A stretch of 62,574 nt of DNA, counting the filler, from Diploschistes diacapsis (Eukaryota): NCBI GenBank assembly GCA_023645945.1. It is 7 parts of 7 records of this genome, joined end to end, with 100 filler letters (N's around TTAATTAATTAA, not from the genome) between each part and the next. Parts side by side here need not be neighbours in the genome. Positions count along the whole stretch, not along the records: positions 56,968 to 62,574 come from JALAIB010001514.1; 6 more parts are not named here. One strand, written 5' to 3'. The notes beneath the pieces are model-generated. The model was not told where the DNA came from. It did not search any database and saw only the letters and a list, made by a program, of their open reading frames with translations. The position numbers and the translations under genes are program-made. How positions within the stretch are numbered: position 1 is the stretch's first letter; each line of letters opens with the position of its first letter. Below, piece after piece: positions 59,794-62,574 of this stretch.

Positions 59794-61689
59794 TCACGAG
59801 ATTTTCGTGGTCTCTCCTCCATCTGCAACCTTCCCCTTTTCTTCGCTCTCGCCTACTATTTCTTGCCTCTCGGTATGCATGCGCTCTGACTGAACCCCTT
59901 CTGCATCCTCCATTGTATTCCCCTTGCTTAGCGGTATACCTTCCCACTTTTTGATTTTCTTTCCCTCGGTGAACTGCATGATTCCTCCCGCTCCCGCAAC
60001 AATACATGCGAGGGCAACAAAAAGACCCGTGCTCCAACTGGGCCGATTATATCTGTTCAAGCCCCACATGAAACCAGAAAGAACACCTTGAAGGATTGTG
60101 TTCCACACAAAAGCCCAAATAACGAAGTCGAGCTTCCACAGCGGAGTAGGTGGTGCTCGTGCGCCTGTCAAAGGAGGTGCTGGCGTTTTCGATAACGGAA
60201 GGGGAAGAGCAGGATTGTTCTCATCTTCCCACATTTGCGATTTGCTGTAGGACTTCACTGGCAACCTATCACTGTTGGGAAGTCTGAACCAGCCATTGTG
60301 ATATCCGGCAAGTTTTCGAAGACCTTGCTCCTTTTTTGAGACTCGCCACTTGAGCAGGTAGTAGAAGTCTCGAAATCGCCAGGGAATTAGGCCGAAGCCA
60401 GTAACACAGAAAAAAGCGTTCACAATCTGAGAATCCCATTCAATCCACACACGGCGTGGAGAGTTGATATTATTGCAATCATATGTGCCATTTCCAAGCT
60501 GGCACATGACTGGGGAAGCATTGCAAAGCAGAAGAAAAAGCATGCCTCCCCAGGCAACGACTAACAGGCCGTAAAGAACGATAAAGAAGCCAAGCGGTGT
60601 GAAGGTAAAACGCATGAAAGCCTTGAAGCCAATGACAATTGCCTCCCACCAGGTTTTCTCAGCAGGGAACGAATAGCCGTTAGGATAGACACCTTGTTCG
60701 TCCGGGGCAGGCTTGACAGGTTCATCTTCAGGCTCTTCGGAATTTACAGTAGCAGGTTTTCCTGGAGTCCTCCCAAGCATTGCATCAATGTTCTTCGAGC
60801 TGCGCTTTGTCCTGGGTACAAGATCGTCAAGGTCATCATTATCCTTATCTAAGCCCGACCGAGGACCTCTTGTTCCCACTTTCTCCTTGTTCACCGAGTC
60901 AGAATCCCGATCTTCTGCCAAAGCACTCGGCCCAGCAGCCGGGGGCCGTTCTGGAGTCCTTCCAAGTATCCCATCAATGTTCTTTGAACTGCGCTTCGAT
61001 TTAGTAAAGAAGTCGTCCAACTCTTCATCATCTCCAACATTTGGGAAAGGCTCTTTCGAATCGTCTGTCTTTTGGTAATTGGCTGGTCCTTCGTTCCGCA
61101 AATATTCGAGGACGGAAGGGTCAGCAATTGGTGTCGACTGTGCATCCTCCATGACTGGGTTGTTCAGCTTCTGTTCGCTAGCAAGACTGTTTCGAAAACC
61201 GAGTTTCGGCACCCTTGTGCTTATTTGACTTGCTCTTTGGCCAGGTACAAATGACTGATCGTTCAATTCGCCTCGACCAAAGACATTCGCTGGAAAACCG
61301 TCATCATCATCTCCCGTTATTTTGTCAAGCTTAACCGAGGATCCTGTTCTCGTACGCTCCGGTCTGGTTCTTGTGAGCGATGAATGTACTTCAGGGCTTG
61401 AAGGTGACATTGAGCCGCTTCGCGAAAGAGAAGCTGTACTATCCCTCCTGCTACCATGGCTATTTCTTCTGATTTCTGTCAAAGAGGGCGCTTTTGAGAC
61501 CACAGAGCCCGTCGCCGACCACACTCCCAGAGGAACATTGAAGTCGAGTATCTTGGTGGATGCCGAACGAAGTCTGCCGGCGGCGCCAGAAGAAGCATGA
61601 TTACGAGTCGATGCATCAGAAGGAGCGGCGGACCTGTTTTTCAAAGGGCTTGAGGGTGGCGATGACTGGTGCTCTTTGTCTTGAGCCAT
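59794..61689 (-). CDS. DUF2985-family membrane protein
   Basis: ATG 61689. Disordered N-half, then YGLLVVAWGGMLFLLLCNA, SPRRVWIEWDSQIVNAFFCVTGFGLIPWRFRD, MWGLNRYNRPSW, EGKKIKKWEG. Confidence 0.85.
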   Translation of the reverse strand: MAQDKEHQSSPPSSPLKNRSAAPSDASTRNHASSGAAGRLRSASTKILDFNVPLGVWSATGSVVSKAPSLTEIRRNSHGSRRDSTASLSRSGSMSPSSPEVHSSLTRTRPERTRTGSSVKLDKITGDDDDGFPANVFGRGELNDQSFVPGQRASQISTRVPKLGFRNSLASEQKLNNPVMEDAQSTPIADPSVLEYLRNEGPANYQKTDDSKEPFPNVGDDEELDDFFTKSKRSSKNIDGILGRTPERPPAAGPSALAEDRDSDSVNKEKVGTRGPRSGLDKDNDDLDDLVPRTKRSSKNIDAMLGRTPGKPATVNSEEPEDEPVKPAPDEQGVYPNGYSFPAEKTWWEAIVIGFKAFMRFTFTPLGFFIVLYGLLVVAWGGMLFLLLCNASPVMCQLGNGTYDCNNINSPRRVWIEWDSQIVNAFFCVTGFGLIPWRFRDFYYLLKWRVSKKEQGLRKLAGYHNGWFRLPNSDRLPVKSYSKSQMWEDENNPALPLPLSKTPAPPLTGARAPPTPLWKLDFVIWAFVWNTILQGVLSGFMWGLNRYNRPSWSTGLFVALACIVAGAGGIMQFTEGKKIKKWEGIPLSKGNTMEDAEGVQSERMHTERQEIVGESEEKGKVADGGETTKIS

Positions 61690-61992
61690 GGCGTCCTTTA
61701 ATCGAAAAACGCCGTAACAATCCGGCGAACGAAGAGTAACGAAAGACAATGCTAATTCAGATTCGGATTCAACCCATATATACCAGTAATTAAACTAATG
61801 TCAACCTGAGGAGCGTCAGGGATAGATAGGCCGAATTGAATACTGTGTGACAAAAGCTTGTAAATAGAGGCGAAGGATAAGTTGACGGGAGAAAGCAGGA
61901 CTAAATTCTCACGTCCCTGAAGGCCAAGAAACGTCATTTTGTCTAGACTACCGGATCCCACCATGCACGTGGGCCGGTTACTCTGATCATCA

Positions 61993-62002
61993 GTCACGTG
62001 AC
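61993..62002. promoter_or_regulatory. Palindromic E-box GTCACGTGAC in divergent promoter
   Basis: Perfect 10-bp palindrome (Cbf1/bHLH-type RTCACGTG) between the divergent DUF2985 and HUT1 starts. A second CACGTG lies ~25 nt upstream. Confidence 0.4.
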
Positions 62003-62110
62003 ATTCAGTAGCAGTACTCCCGAAATTGGCCTAATGTCCGATATAGAAGTTTATGTGGCTTCTTGTGATGATACATTTCTTCTTCTTGTTGATCAAACTT
62101 CGTGTAGACA

Positions 62111-62574
62111 ATGGCGCGAGTCAAGCAGCGAACACCCCTTCAAAGGGAGCCATCGTCAGATGTCATTGAGAAGGCTCCCGTTCCGTACGAGCAGCGCTGG
62201 AGCGCCAGCAACGGCACCGCTCCACCCCTCGCCAACGGGCATTCCAAGAACTCCAGCCGTAGCGCCATCGCCGCCCCCGTCCCTTCCAACAACAACGATC
62301 TTATAGCCCTCATAATATGCGTCGGCGGCATCTATGCATCCTTGTACACCCCCCTTACCCCCTTTACCCTCTCCTTTCATACCTCAAATCTCTCACTAAA
62401 CCCCATGCAGCCTCTCCTGGGCCCTCCTCCAAGAACGCATAACAACCACCACCTACGGCGCCGCCTCCTCCAAATGGACCTACTCGATAGTCCTGAACAC
62501 CCTCCAATCCACTTTCGCAGGCATCACCGGCCTCCTATACCTCTACTTCTCCACGCCCGCCGCACAAAAAGTCC
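62111..62574 (+). CDS. HUT1: UDP-galactose transporter homolog (Hut1/SLC35B1), 5' part only
   Basis: Not in the ORF track. ATG 62111 MARVKQ, exon to 62343, intron 62344-62410. Reads LIICVGGIYASF|LSWALLQERITTTTY..YSIVLNTLQSTFA. Confidence 0.88.
   Translation, partial: MARVKQRTPLQREPSSDVIEKAPVPYEQRWSASNGTAPPLANGHSKNSSRSAIAAPVPSNNNDLIALIICVGGIYASLYTPLTPFTLSFHTSNLSLNPMQPLLGPPPRTHNNHHLRRRLLQMDLLDSPEHPPIHFRRHHRPPIPLLLHARRTKS

Overview
Eukaryotic DNA from a filamentous ascomycete (Pezizomycotina), judged from short GT-AG introns with CTRAY branch points and the gene families present. The window is not one locus. It is seven contigs joined by an artificial 100-nt spacer (44 N + TTAATTAATTAA + 44 N): 1-5631, 5732-33961, 34062-39692, 39793-45421, 45522-51145, 51246-56867 and 56968-62574. 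Adjacency across spacers means nothing. Recognisable genes: PTH11-like membrane protein, SPE2, a GST, PP1 inhibitor-2, ERG7, a Gin4/Hsl1-type kinase, a divergent DAC1/GlcNAc-kinase pair, PAN3, a P450 pseudogene, KU80, a DUF2985 protein, HUT1, and several conserved hypotheticals. Most notable unexplained signals: (1) a compact, highly base-paired ~190-nt intergenic element at 23059-23250 with TATA, A-box, T7 and a downstream B-box, a candidate unassigned Pol III ncRNA; (2) an in-frame, PAM2-bearing alternative N-terminus inside a long PAN3 intron; (3) repeated GC-rich islands where the + strand flips from C-rich to G-rich; (4) a hypothetical protein with RasGAP-like plus VPS9-like architecture; (5) an AUG-free, hairpin-containing SPE2 leader; (6) a Helitron/MITE-like relic and a RIP-like AT-rich tract that spares CpG. 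All exon boundaries and RNA pairings were read by eye, and no searches were run.
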